This document shows, piece after piece, positions 37,941-47,202 of a stretch of DNA of 64,000 nt. The notes beneath the pieces were generated by a model, which saw only the letters and a program-made list of their open reading frames with translations, was not told the origin of the DNA and searched no databases. Positions within the stretch are counted from its first letter, which is position 1. Every line of letters starts with the position of its first letter. The position numbers and the translations under genes are program-made. The DNA comes from Verrucomicrobiota bacterium (GTDB lineage: Bacteria > Verrucomicrobiota > Verrucomicrobiia > Opitutales > Opitutaceae): contig JBDRJH010000198.1 in the NCBI GenBank assembly GCA_043815125.1, positions 4,892 through 68,891 on the forward strand, written 5' to 3'.

Positions 37941-38197
37941 GATCCCGGTGTGTGAAAAACAAACTTCCACGTCGCGACGCCCCACAGCGGCAGCGCCACG
38001 CCGACGGGAAGCATCCACCGAAACTTACGGGTGGAATAAAGCCACGCCATCGCGAGCGGCCAGAGCAGCCACAGCCAGTAGAACGGCTGAAAGCGGCGGT
38101 CGTCGGGAATCAGCAGCGCGATCCCGAGCAGGCCGAACGAGTGCAAAAACAAAACACCGACGAAGGCTTTGTAGTTTTTACGATCGAGGTAGGACAT
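37937..38197 (-). CDS. Small hypothetical membrane protein (86 aa, about 3 TM helices) inside the Bat operon.
   Basis: In-frame tail of ORF 37937..39328 from ATG 38197: 'MSYLDRKNYKAFVGVLFLHSFGLLGIALLIPDDRRFQPFYWLWLLWPLAMAWLYSTRKFRWMLPVGVALPLWGVATWKFVFHTPGS'. Its stop overlaps the DUF58 start (ATGA). The composition is hydrophobic and unlike the off-frame artefacts. Confidence 0.5.
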   Translation of the reverse strand: MSYLDRKNYKAFVGVLFLHSFGLLGIALLIPDDRRFQPFYWLWLLWPLAMAWLYSTRKFRWMLPVGVALPLWGVATWKFVFHTPGS

Positions 38198-38232
38198 GGC
38201 CTTGCTTGGACGCTGCGTAACAAAGCCCGCGC

Positions 38233-39195
38233 TCACTCGCGCGGCACGCTGGTCTGGGTAACAATCTGCGCGACGATGGTGTCGGCGGAAATATCCTCGG
38301 CCTCCGCCTCGTAGGTGAGGCCGACGCGGTGGCGCAGGATGTCCGGCGCGACCTCCTGCACCAGCGACGGCGGCAGGTAGTCGAGGCCGCGCAACCAGGC
38401 GAGGGCGCGGCCGGCCTGAAAGAGCGCCAGCGACGCGCGCGGCGACGCGCCGAAGGAGAGGTGGCGCGGGCGGCCCTTGATGGGCTTGGCCAGCTCGCGG
38501 GTGGCCCGCACGAGGGCGAGGATGTAGTCCTGCACGGCCGGCGAGACCTCGACGGCGTCGACCGCGGCGCGCAGTTGCAACAACTCCTCGCCGCTGGATA
38601 CGGGGGCGAGCGCGGGCTGTTTGGTGACCTGGCCCCAGCGCGACATCATCAGCGACTCCTCGTCGTGCGACGGGTAGTCGACGATGAGCTTGAAGAGGAA
38701 ACGATCGGTCTGTGCCTCGGGCAGCGGGTAGGTGCCCTCCTGCTCGACGGGGTTTTGCGTGGCCATCACGAAGAACGGCGCGGGCAGCCGGTGGGTGGTG
38801 CCGCCGAGCGTGACCTGGCGTTCCTGCATGGCCTCGAGCAGCGCGGACTGGACCTTGGCGGGGGCGCGGTTGATTTCGTCGGCGAGCACGAGGTTGGCGA
38901 AGATCGGGCCGCGGTGCGGGGCGAACACGCCGTCCTTGGGCGAGAACACCATGGTGCCGACCACATCGCTGGGCAGCAGGTCGGGGGTGAACTGGATGCG
39001 CTCGAACTGCACGCCGAGGGCGGTGCCGAGGGACTTGACGAGCAGGGTCTTGGCGAGGCCGGGCATGCCCTCGAGCAGCACGTGGCCGTTGGCGAGCAGG
39101 GCCACCAGCAGGCGCTCGATGACGTCGTCCTGGCCGATGACGGCCTTGCCGATTTCTTCGCGGAGTTTTTGGGACCAGACTGGGCCGTTGATCAT
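38233..39195 (-). CDS. moxR: MoxR-family AAA+ ATPase, first gene of the Bat operon.
   Basis: Walker A 'LLEGMPGLAKT', Walker B '[10 protein letters not shown]', and 'ATQNPVEQEGTYPLPEAQTDRF'. Confidence 0.9.
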   Translation of the reverse strand: MINGPVWSQKLREEIGKAVIGQDDVIERLLVALLANGHVLLEGMPGLAKTLLVKSLGTALGVQFERIQFTPDLLPSDVVGTMVFSPKDGVFAPHRGPIFANLVLADEINRAPAKVQSALLEAMQERQVTLGGTTHRLPAPFFVMATQNPVEQEGTYPLPEAQTDRFLFKLIVDYPSHDEESLMMSRWGQVTKQPALAPVSSGEELLQLRAAVDAVEVSPAVQDYILALVRATRELAKPIKGRPRHLSFGASPRASLALFQAGRALAWLRGLDYLPPSLVQEVAPDILRHRVGLTYEAEAEDISADTIVAQIVTQTSVPRE

Positions 39196-39288
39196 GATTG
39201 GGCGGTGATTTTGGGAAAGGGACTGAGGTGCTTTCGACTCGCGGGGGCGCGGAGGGTTTCCGAAAGTTGCCGAGGAAAACGCCCGACC

Positions 39289-39681
39289 ATGGATTTACCA
39301 ACCCAAATCCAAGACCAACTCGACGCACTTGGCATTCTCGCGGCCGATGTGGAGGAGCGTTTTGTGCGCGGCTCCGGACCCGGCGGCCAAAAGATCAACA
39401 AGACCGCCTCCACCGTGTGCCTCGTGCACCGGCCGAGCGGCACCACCGTGCGTTGCCAGCGCGAGCGTTCGCAGGCGGCCAACCGCGGCCTGGCCTGGGC
39501 GGAGTTGTGCGAGAAAATCTCCGAGGCCCGCCGCGCCGAAACGGCCGCCCGCCGCTCCGCCGCGGAAAAGGCCCGGCGCAAGGCACGACCCAAGAGCCGC
39601 CGGCAAAAGGCCATCCAGGTCGAGGGCAAACGCCGTCGCGCCGACATCAAGTCGAAGCGCGGTCGCGTGCGGTCCGACTAA
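39289..39681 (+). CDS. RF-1 domain / ArfB-like peptidyl-tRNA hydrolase (ribosome rescue factor-like).
   Basis: In-frame tail of ORF 38329..39681 from ATG 39289. It has the GGQ motif 'GSGPGGQKINKTAS' and a Lys/Arg-rich C-terminal tail 'RRKARPKSRRQKAIQVEGKRRRADIKSKRGR'. Confidence 0.75.
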   Translation: MDLPTQIQDQLDALGILAADVEERFVRGSGPGGQKINKTASTVCLVHRPSGTTVRCQRERSQAANRGLAWAELCEKISEARRAETAARRSAAEKARRKARPKSRRQKAIQVEGKRRRADIKSKRGRVRSD

Positions 39682-39705
39682 ACCAACACCGCCCGTCCCA
39701 CGGCT

Positions 39706-41472
39706 TCAGGCCTCCTCGTCTTCCTCGGCGGCGACCAGTCCCTCCTGGCCGCGCAGCAGATCGTGAAGCGTGAACACACCGAGCAGGCGGCGCTCCTGCG
39801 GATCGCCGAGGCAGAGGAAATTCGCCGGCGTCTCGATCAGGCGGTGTTGCACCTCGCCGAGCGTTTCCTCGGGCGAGACCCAGACGACCGCCTCGAGCTT
39901 GGGGCGCATCCCGGTGTTGAGCGCGTGCTCGATCTCGGCGCGCATCAGCAGGTGGGTGATCGTGCCGTCCTCGGCCTGCACGGGGAAAACCTGGTGACGG
40001 CTGGCGGTCATGAGTTCCTTGAGCGCGGGCAGCTCCAGGCTCCTCGCGACCACCGGACGAAACGTCGCCAGCGCGCCCACCGGCATCTCGCGCCACTTGC
40101 GGAAATCGCGCGGCGGGAGCACGTGGTGCGGATTCTCGCCGTCCTGCAGCAGCATGTTTTCGTAAAGATCCTCCGGCACGATGCGCTTGCTGGCCGCGTG
40201 GCTGATCAACGTCGCCACCAGGATGATCGGCACGATCACGAACTGGTGGGTGATCTCGAAGATCAGCAAAATGCAGGTGATCGGCGTGCGAATGACCGCC
40301 ACCAGGCCCGCGCACATGCCGGCCATCACCAGGATCGACTGGTCCGATTCGGTCAACGGCATGAACTCCGCCGCGCCCGCCGCGACCAAGCCGCCGCACA
40401 TCGCGCCGATGAAGAAGTTGGGCGCAAAGATGCCGCCGCACGCGCCCGCGCCCACCGCCACCAATGTCGCCAGCAACTTGCCCGCGCCCAGCACGAGCGC
40501 CACGTGCCAGTCGAGGTCGCCGCGGATGCAGGCCGTGACATCCTGATAACCCACGCCGAACACCCCCATGTGCCCCGTGATCAAAAACGCCGACGCCGCC
40601 ACCGCCCAGCTGCCGACCGCGCCCAGGGTGGGGCGCGTCCAACCCGGGAGCAGCTTGCCGTTTTGCAACATCCGTCCGCGCACCGCCAGCACGCCGCGCT
40701 GGAACCCCGCCCCGGCCGCCGCCGCGATCAGCGCCACCAGCGGGCACAACAACAACGCCCGCCACGTCGGCTCCTCCAGCAGCCCGACCTGGAAGGCCGG
40801 CTGCGGGCCGATGACCGCGTGCGCGATCAACGCGCCCATCACCGACGCCAGCAGGATCGCGCCGATCAGCTTGCTGCCGATGTCGCCGATGATCTCCTCC
40901 AACACGAACGCGATGGCCGCCAACGGCGCGTTGAACGCCGCCGCCAGCGCGCCGGCCGCGCCGCTGGCGCAATACATGCGGCGCTTCTGCTTGGGCACGC
41001 CCGCCAGGCCCGCGACCGATGACATCGTGGCCGCGCCGACCTGCACCACCGGACCCTCGGGCCCCACGCTGACGCCACCGCCCAGGGTCAGCGCCGACGC
41101 CGTGAACTTCACCGCCGCCGTGCGCATCGGCAGGTAGCCAAAGTCCTTCCAAAACGCCAGCTTGGTGGGCAGCACCCCGCCGCCCGCCGTGCTCGGATCG
41201 AACTTGCGCACCAGCGCCGTCGCCAGCAGCGACGCGCCCACCACGCACACGAACGATCCCGCCAAAAACCACACCACCGGCAGCCCCGCCGTCGCCAGGT
41301 AGGTGTGGTGCGCGATCTTCTCGACCACCGTGTGAAAGCTCACGGCGACGAAGCCGACCAGCGCGCCGAAGGAGCAGACGAGGATGGCGTTGCGCCCGCG
41401 GGCGGGGATTTGCAGCCAACGATCATGCACCAGCGCGAACAGCCGCGCGACCAACGAGAAAAAAGTCTTCAA
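39706..41472 (-). CDS. ClC-family voltage-gated chloride channel / H+-Cl- antiporter with a C-terminal CBS pair.
   Basis: Selectivity-filter motifs 'GPEGPVVQVG' and 'GGIFAPNFFIG'. It has more than 10 TM helices and a CBS-like C-terminal region. Confidence 0.9.
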   Translation of the reverse strand: MKTFFSLVARLFALVHDRWLQIPARGRNAILVCSFGALVGFVAVSFHTVVEKIAHHTYLATAGLPVVWFLAGSFVCVVGASLLATALVRKFDPSTAGGGVLPTKLAFWKDFGYLPMRTAAVKFTASALTLGGGVSVGPEGPVVQVGAATMSSVAGLAGVPKQKRRMYCASGAAGALAAAFNAPLAAIAFVLEEIIGDIGSKLIGAILLASVMGALIAHAVIGPQPAFQVGLLEEPTWRALLLCPLVALIAAAAGAGFQRGVLAVRGRMLQNGKLLPGWTRPTLGAVGSWAVAASAFLITGHMGVFGVGYQDVTACIRGDLDWHVALVLGAGKLLATLVAVGAGACGGIFAPNFFIGAMCGGLVAAGAAEFMPLTESDQSILVMAGMCAGLVAVIRTPITCILLIFEITHQFVIVPIILVATLISHAASKRIVPEDLYENMLLQDGENPHHVLPPRDFRKWREMPVGALATFRPVVARSLELPALKELMTASRHQVFPVQAEDGTITHLLMRAEIEHALNTGMRPKLEAVVWVSPEETLGEVQHRLIETPANFLCLGDPQERRLLGVFTLHDLLRGQEGLVAAEEDEEA

Positions 41473-41583
41473 TGCCGTAAAGTCGCCGACCTTGAAACAA
41501 TTGCCCCTCCGGGCTCAACACCCGATTGCCCCCGGGACGAAATGAACGGGGCGAACTCTTCCGGTCGGACGCGTTGACGCCTG

Positions 41584-42585
41584 ATGAAACAGGCCCATGA
41601 TTCCGCCATTATCATGAGCGACTTTCTGACCGGACCCCAGGTGACCGCCGCCAAGGAGATTCTCGACCGTCTGCGCGACAACATGCGCCGCACGATCAAG
41701 GGCAAAAACGATGTAATCGACCACGTCCTCGTCGGCGTCGCCGCCGGCGGTCACCTGCTCATCGAGGACATGCCCGGCGTGGGCAAGACCACGCTGGCCT
41801 ACTCGCTGGCCCGCTCGATGGACTGCGGCTTTTCCCGCGTGCAATTCACCAGCGACCTGCTGCCCAGCGACGTCACCGGCGTCTCCATCTACGACGAGTC
41901 GCTCAAGGAGTTCGTCTTCAAAAAGGGCCCCGTCTTCGCCAACGTCGTGCTCGCCGACGAGATCAACCGCGCCACCCCCAAGACCCAGTCCTCGCTGCTC
42001 GAGGTCATGGACCGCGGCAAGGTCACCGTCGACGGCCAGAGCCACGCGGTCGGCGCGCCGTTCATGGTCTTCGCCACCCAGAACCCCGTCGACTACGAGG
42101 GCACCTTTCCGCTGCCCGAGAGCCAGATGGACCGCTTCCTCATGCGCCTGCACATGGGCTACCCCCGGCCCGAGGACGAGCTCGCCATCCTGCGGTCACC
42201 AAAAAGCAACTACGACGAGATCGCGCTGAATCCCGTCGTCAGCCGCGCCGACATTCTCCGGCTCCAGTCGCTGTGCACGCAGGTCTTCATCGAGGAGGGC
42301 GTGCTCGACTACATCCTCAAGATCATCTCGGCCACCCGCACCGAGTCCGAGTTCAAGGCCGGCGTCTCCGTGCGCGGCGGGCTCGCGCTCAAGCACGCCG
42401 TGTAGGCCAGCGCGCTGCTGGCCGGGCGCGACTTTGTCATCCCCGAGGACGTGCAGGCCATGGCCGGGCCCGTGCTCGCCCACCGCCTCGCGCTGGCCCG
42501 GCAGGGCTCCGACGCGCTGGAGGAGCGCCGCATGGTCGGGGCCGCCCTGCGCCGCATCGTCTCCGCCGTGGCCGTGCCGGTCTGA
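41584..42585 (+). pseudogene. Second MoxR-family AAA+ ATPase, interrupted by an in-frame TAG at 42403-42405.
   Basis: Walker A '[10 protein letters not shown]', Walker B '[10 protein letters not shown]' and '[22 protein letters not shown]'. The ORF stops at '...GLALKHAV*'. The same frame continues 'ASALLAGRDFVIPEDVQAMAGPVLAHRLAL...AVPV*', which is the conserved MoxR lid/C-terminal region. Confidence 0.85.
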
Positions 42586-42595
42586 GGGCGCGTCC

Positions 42596-43765
42596 ATGGT
42601 GATGTCGTCCCCATCCGCACCCGCCGCCGCCGACTGGCAGGAGGCCGGCCGCCGTCCCCGCCAACCGCGCGGGCAACGCTGGCGCCGCTTGCTCTGGTCG
42701 ATGATCTACCCGCCGCAGGTGCGCCCGCACCGCGTCGCGCCGACCATGACCGGCGGCGTGCTGATCGGCGTGGCCCTCGGCATCGGCCTGGCCGCCTACA
42801 ACACGGCGAGCAACATCCTCTTTATCACGCTCTCGCTGCTGCTCTCCTCGCTCATCCTCAGCGGACTGCTCTCCTGGATCAACGTCCGGCGCGTCGGCTG
42901 GCGGTTGCAGGCGCTGGCCCCGTGGCGCGCCGGCCAGGAGCAGCTCGTGCTGCTCGACCTGCGCAACCGCAAGCGCTTCGTGCCGACCTACGGCCTGTGG
43001 TTCGACCTCGCGCTGGCGCGCACCGCCCAAAAGACCCGGCTCAAGCTCCGCACGCGGCTCGACGCGGGCGGCGGCGAACGGCTCGAGTGGACCGTCCGCC
43101 CGGAGCGCCGCGGCGTCGAGCGCGTGGAGCTGCACGGCCTGGGCTCGTTGTTTCCCTTCGGGTTTTTGCGAAAGACCATGGGCTGCGGACAGCGTTGCGA
43201 GGTCGTGGTCTGGCCCGCGCCGGTCGAGTATCGCCGGCTGGCCGCGGGCGGGGTCTGGCGCTCGCAGCCGGGCGAACGCAGCCGGCGGCCGGGGCAGGGC
43301 GGCGACCTGATGGCGCTGCGCAAATACGCCTCGGGCGACTCGCAGCGGCTCGTGCATTGGAAGGCCAGCGCGCGCCTGCGCCGGCTGATGGTGCGCCAGT
43401 TCGCGGCCGAGTCGCAGGATGGCTTCACGCTGTGGTTCGAGACGGCGGCGGCCCGCTGGACGCGGCCCGCGCAGTTCGAGCTGGCGGTGGGGCTGGCGGC
43501 GACTCTGGCCGAGGACCTGTTCCGCGAGGGGCGGCTGCGCGCGCTCGCGTTGGACGCGGACCCGGTCACGCCGGTGCGCACGCTGGGCGACCTCGAGCGT
43601 TTTCTGGACCGGCTCGCGGTGGCGGCGCCGCGCGAGGATTTGAAGAAGGGCGGCGCGGCCGGACTGGCGGCGTCGCGGTTTGGTTCCAATTTGCTGACGA
43701 TCGCTCCGGACGGTGTCCGCAGCGTCTCGGCCTACATCGATGGAAAAGCGGCGGCCACAGCTTGA
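42596..43765 (+). CDS. DUF58 domain membrane protein, partner of the second MoxR.
   Basis: ORF 42434..43765 trimmed to ATG 42596. Two N-terminal TM helices and 'GGDLMALRKYASGDSQRLVHWKASAR', the DUF58 signature. Confidence 0.8.
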   Translation: MVMSSPSAPAAADWQEAGRRPRQPRGQRWRRLLWSMIYPPQVRPHRVAPTMTGGVLIGVALGIGLAAYNTASNILFITLSLLLSSLILSGLLSWINVRRVGWRLQALAPWRAGQEQLVLLDLRNRKRFVPTYGLWFDLALARTAQKTRLKLRTRLDAGGGERLEWTVRPERRGVERVELHGLGSLFPFGFLRKTMGCGQRCEVVVWPAPVEYRRLAAGGVWRSQPGERSRRPGQGGDLMALRKYASGDSQRLVHWKASARLRRLMVRQFAAESQDGFTLWFETAAARWTRPAQFELAVGLAATLAEDLFREGRLRALALDADPVTPVRTLGDLERFLDRLAVAAPREDLKKGGAAGLAASRFGSNLLTIAPDGVRSVSAYIDGKAAATA

Positions 43766-45986
43766 TTCTCAGACCCTGCACCAGGTGCGCTGGCTGCTCG
43801 GCGGCCTGCTCGCGCTGCTGGCGGCGTGGACGGTCTTCTACATGGATGTCAACGCGACCGGACTGCTCGCGTTGACCACCATCCTCGTGCCGGTGGTGAC
43901 GTGGCGGCCGGTGCTCGCGAGCAAGCTGCCGTCGTGGGCCCACATGCTGGCCTTTCCCGTGATCGTGCTGTTGTTCGCCGCGGATTTTTACCAGACGCGC
44001 GAGCCCTTGCCGGTGATGATCCGGCTGGGGCTGCTGCTGCTGCTCTACCGCGGGGTCACGCTGCGCACGCGGCGCGAGGACATGCAGCTGATTTTGTTGT
44101 GCCTGTTCCTCGTGGTGGTGGCGGGCGTGCTCACGGTGTCGCTGGTGTTCGTGCTGCAGATCCTGCTGTTCACCGCCTGCGCGCTGGCGCTGTTGCTGGC
44201 AATCACGCTCAGCAACGCGGCCGCCGCCGACGAGGCCGCCGCGGGCGCGGCGAAGACGGAAGGCCCGCCGGCCTGGGTGCGGGTCGACTGGGGCGCGACC
44301 CTGGGCCGCCTGCGCGCGGTGGTCGACTGGCGCGTGCTGGCCATGGGCTCGGTGCTGTTCGCGGGTGTGGTGGGGTTGTCGGCGCTGTTGTTTTTGATGA
44401 TCCCGCGCTTCGAGCTGGGGACCAATTTTTTCCTGGATCACATGCTCTCGGGCCGGTCCAAGTCGGGCTTCTCCGAGACCGTCACATTTGGCTCCGTGGT
44501 CGACATCCAGCAGGATCGCAGTCTGGCGCTGAGCGTCGATGTGACCGACCCCGGGCAGGTGCCGGCGGTGCCCTATTGGCGGATGCTGGTGCTCGACGAG
44601 TATATGCAGGGCGGCTTCATGATGTCGCCCGGCCTGAGCGCCGAGATCAAGGCCTCCGAGGTCGAGGCCACGCGACACCGCGGCATCGCGCCGACCAACC
44701 CGTCGGCCCCGGTCTGGACGTTTTATCTGGAGGGCGGCGTCAGCCGCTACCTGCCGCTGGTGGGGCCGTATTCGCAGATCACGCTGCCCAGTCCGCAGAC
44801 CCTGCGCATCAACCGCACGCAGCTGCTGGTGGCCCTGCCCAAGGACCCGTCGAAGATGACGCCGTATCGCGTCGAGGGCATGTTGCCGACCGCCCGCATC
44901 GAGGATGCCGACATGGCCGCGCGGGTGGCCGCCTGGAAGGCGTCCCCGCCCGAGCCCCGCCGGCGTTATGAGCGGTATGCGATGGAGGACGAGTCGCCCG
45001 CGCCGCCGTCTTACCTCGGTCTCGACCTGCCGCCCGGGGAACTCGCCAAGCTCGACGCCTGGGTCGCGGAGATCGGCCGGCCGGTCGACGGCGACCACGA
45101 GGGCTTCGTGCGCCGGGCCTGCGCCTGGTTGGAGCGGCGGCACGGCTATTCGTTGAACATGCGGCTGCCCGATGCCGAGGGCGACGTGCTGGTGCGCTGG
45201 ATGGATTCGCCGGAGCCGGGGCACTGCGAGCTGTTCGCCGGTTCGCTGGTGCTGCTCAGCCGTGCGGCCGGCGTGCCCGCGCGCGTGGCCATCGGCTTCA
45301 AGGGCGGCGTGTGGAACCAGGCCAGCGGCAGCATCACGGTGACCAACGCCGACGCCCACGCCTGGTGCGAGATTTTTGACGGCAAGCGCCATTGGGTCCG
45401 CGCCGACCCGACGCCGGGCGCCGGCGGTCTCGGGCCGCGCGAACCGGCCGCGCCGCAGCTCGGACCGGACGGAGCGCCGCGCCTGGAAACGGACTCCGGT
45501 TGGGCCGCGCGTTGGAACAGCCTGCGGGTCTTCTGGTATCGGCGCATCGTCAGCTTCGACCAGCAGTCGCAGCTCGACATGGTGCGTTCGGCGGGCCGCA
45601 TGGCCGAGTCCTACGCCAAGCGCCTGATCTCGGAGCTGGACCGCCGGCTCAAGGCGCTCGCCGAGTGGGCGTCCACGCCGTGGAGTCTCGGGCGGGTGGG
45701 CTGGGGGGCCGGCGCGCTCGCGGCGGGCGCGCTGTTGGTCTGGGGCTGGCGCAAGCTGCACTTCGTGGCCTGGTGGCGGGCGTTGCGCGGCGCCGATCCG
45801 GTGCGTCGCGAGGCGGGCCGCTGGCTGCGCCGCCTCGATGCCAAGGCCCTGCCCGCAGACCACGACGTGCGCGCGGAGCTGTTGCGCCTGCGCTATGGTC
45901 GCAAGGCAACCTGGACTCCGTCGACGCGGGTGTTCAAGGCCGCCCGCGCCGCCCTGCGCGAGTGGACGCGACGCCGCCGCGGGTAA
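43740..45986 (+). CDS. Transglutaminase-like membrane protein (DUF3488-type N-terminal TM region plus a transglutaminase core).
   Basis: Multiple N-terminal TM helices. The Cys-His-Asp core is 'GHCELFAGSLVLL', 'DAHAWCEIF' and 'VRADPTPG'. The start is uncertain (GTG 43713 or ATG 43740). Confidence 0.85.
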   Translation: MEKRRPQLDSQTLHQVRWLLGGLLALLAAWTVFYMDVNATGLLALTTILVPVVTWRPVLASKLPSWAHMLAFPVIVLLFAADFYQTREPLPVMIRLGLLLLLYRGVTLRTRREDMQLILLCLFLVVVAGVLTVSLVFVLQILLFTACALALLLAITLSNAAAADEAAAGAAKTEGPPAWVRVDWGATLGRLRAVVDWRVLAMGSVLFAGVVGLSALLFLMIPRFELGTNFFLDHMLSGRSKSGFSETVTFGSVVDIQQDRSLALSVDVTDPGQVPAVPYWRMLVLDEYMQGGFMMSPGLSAEIKASEVEATRHRGIAPTNPSAPVWTFYLEGGVSRYLPLVGPYSQITLPSPQTLRINRTQLLVALPKDPSKMTPYRVEGMLPTARIEDADMAARVAAWKASPPEPRRRYERYAMEDESPAPPSYLGLDLPPGELAKLDAWVAEIGRPVDGDHEGFVRRACAWLERRHGYSLNMRLPDAEGDVLVRWMDSPEPGHCELFAGSLVLLSRAAGVPARVAIGFKGGVWNQASGSITVTNADAHAWCEIFDGKRHWVRADPTPGAGGLGPREPAAPQLGPDGAPRLETDSGWAARWNSLRVFWYRRIVSFDQQSQLDMVRSAGRMAESYAKRLISELDRRLKALAEWASTPWSLGRVGWGAGALAAGALLVWGWRKLHFVAWWRALRGADPVRREAGRWLRRLDAKALPADHDVRAELLRLRYGRKATWTPSTRVFKAARAALREWTRRRRG

Positions 45987-45990
45987 CGAA

Positions 45991-46090
45991 CGTAGGGGCC
46001 GCGCTCGCGCGGCCCGTTGCGCGTTGTCACGCGAAACAACGTTCATTCACCGGCGCACGGTTGACGGGCCGGGCAAGCTCGGCCCCTACA
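45991..46090. repeat. REPIN-like doublet of inverted GC-rich palindromic units (family GTAGGGGCC-N-GGCCCGTTG).
   Basis: The left unit is CGTAGGGGCCGCGCTCGCGCGGCCCGTTG (45991-46019). The right unit is TTGACGGGCCGGGCAAGCTCGGCCCCTACA (46061-46090), in inverted orientation. The element is intergenic between convergent genes. Confidence 0.7.
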
Positions 46091-46143
46091 CGCGCAGCAC
46101 GCGGAGGCGGGCCACCGGCGGGAATTGATTTTAGGAGTTCCCC

Positions 46144-47139
46144 TCAGTCCTCGCGGACCTGCGGCTTGATGACCACGTCGGCCGGCGAGAGGCCGGCCTG
46201 GGCGGTCATGTGGGCGATGAGCCGGTCGTTGAACTCCTTGGCGGGGTCGTGGCCCATGGTCTTGAGCGCCTGCACCAACGCGGCCACCTCGACCAGCCGG
46301 GCGATGTCTCGGCCCGGACGCACGTAGATGTCAATGTGCGGTATCTTGATGCCGAGGATGTCGTAGAAGTTCTCCTCGAGACCGGTGCGTTCCTCGATGG
46401 CCTCGGGCGTCCACTCGCGCAGGGTGACGACCAGGTCGAGGCGTTTTTCAAGGCGCACGCTTTTGATGCCAAACATCTCGGCGATGTTGATGATGCCGAT
46501 GCCGCGGCACTCCATGTAGCCGCGGTTGAGCGCCCGGGAGGAGGCGATCAAGTCGCGCTCGTCGAGCAACTTCACGACGGTGAGGTCGTCGGCGACGAGG
46601 GAGTGGCCGCGCTCGATGAGGGCCAGGGCGCACTCGCTTTTGCCCGCGCCGGAGTCGCCGCGGAGCATCACGCCGACGCCCTTGATATCGAGGGTGGTGG
46701 CATGCTCGGACGAGGAGGGGGCGAACTCGTTGTCGATGCAGAGGGTCGCGAGGTTGACCCAGTGCATGGTGATCATCGGCGTGCGGAAGATGGGCAGCTT
46801 GCGCTCCTCGGCGACCGCGATCATCGCGTGGGTGGGGATGAAGTTGCGGGTGAGCACCAGGCAGGGGATCTGCCGGTCGACCATCTCGTTGAGGATCTCG
46901 ATCTGTTTTTTGGAATCGAGGCTCTTGAAGTAGGTCATCTCGGCGGCGCCGAGGACCTGAATGCGTTTGTTCGCGAAATACTTGAAGAAGCCGGTCAGCG
47001 CGAGTGACGGGCGGTTGATGGAGCCCTCGCGAATGAGCCGGTGCAGGCCGTTGCCCCCGGTGGCGAGTTCGAGCCGGAGCTTCTCGCGGTAGGTGTCGAG
47101 AAAGTGGGCGACGGTGATGCCGTGGATGTCTTTCTGCAT
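46144..47139 (-). CDS. hprK: HPr kinase/phosphorylase.
   Basis: Walker A 'GDSGAGKSECAL', the HprK signature 'YMECRGIGIINIAEMFG', and 'HPr kinase' N- and C-terminal domains. Confidence 0.9.
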   Translation of the reverse strand: MQKDIHGITVAHFLDTYREKLRLELATGGNGLHRLIREGSINRPSLALTGFFKYFANKRIQVLGAAEMTYFKSLDSKKQIEILNEMVDRQIPCLVLTRNFIPTHAMIAVAEERKLPIFRTPMITMHWVNLATLCIDNEFAPSSSEHATTLDIKGVGVMLRGDSGAGKSECALALIERGHSLVADDLTVVKLLDERDLIASSRALNRGYMECRGIGIINIAEMFGIKSVRLEKRLDLVVTLREWTPEAIEERTGLEENFYDILGIKIPHIDIYVRPGRDIARLVEVAALVQALKTMGHDPAKEFNDRLIAHMTAQAGLSPADVVIKPQVRED

Positions 47140-47202
47140 GGCGTTGGCGGGGCTTGGGAGGGAGTGCGGGGGGCGAGTGGGACAGGGTCGCCCGGGAGTG
47201 GC

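Noticed and set aside
32117-42405. Two in-frame TAG codons (32117 and 42403) as evidence of TAG reassignment (pyrrolysine or another sense recoding).
   Set aside because: TAG functions as an ordinary terminator for at least two well-defined genes here (1804-1806 and murD 18778-18780). No pyl-type genes or suppressor tRNA are visible in the window. Two cases are too few, so nonsense mutation or sequencing error is the simpler reading.
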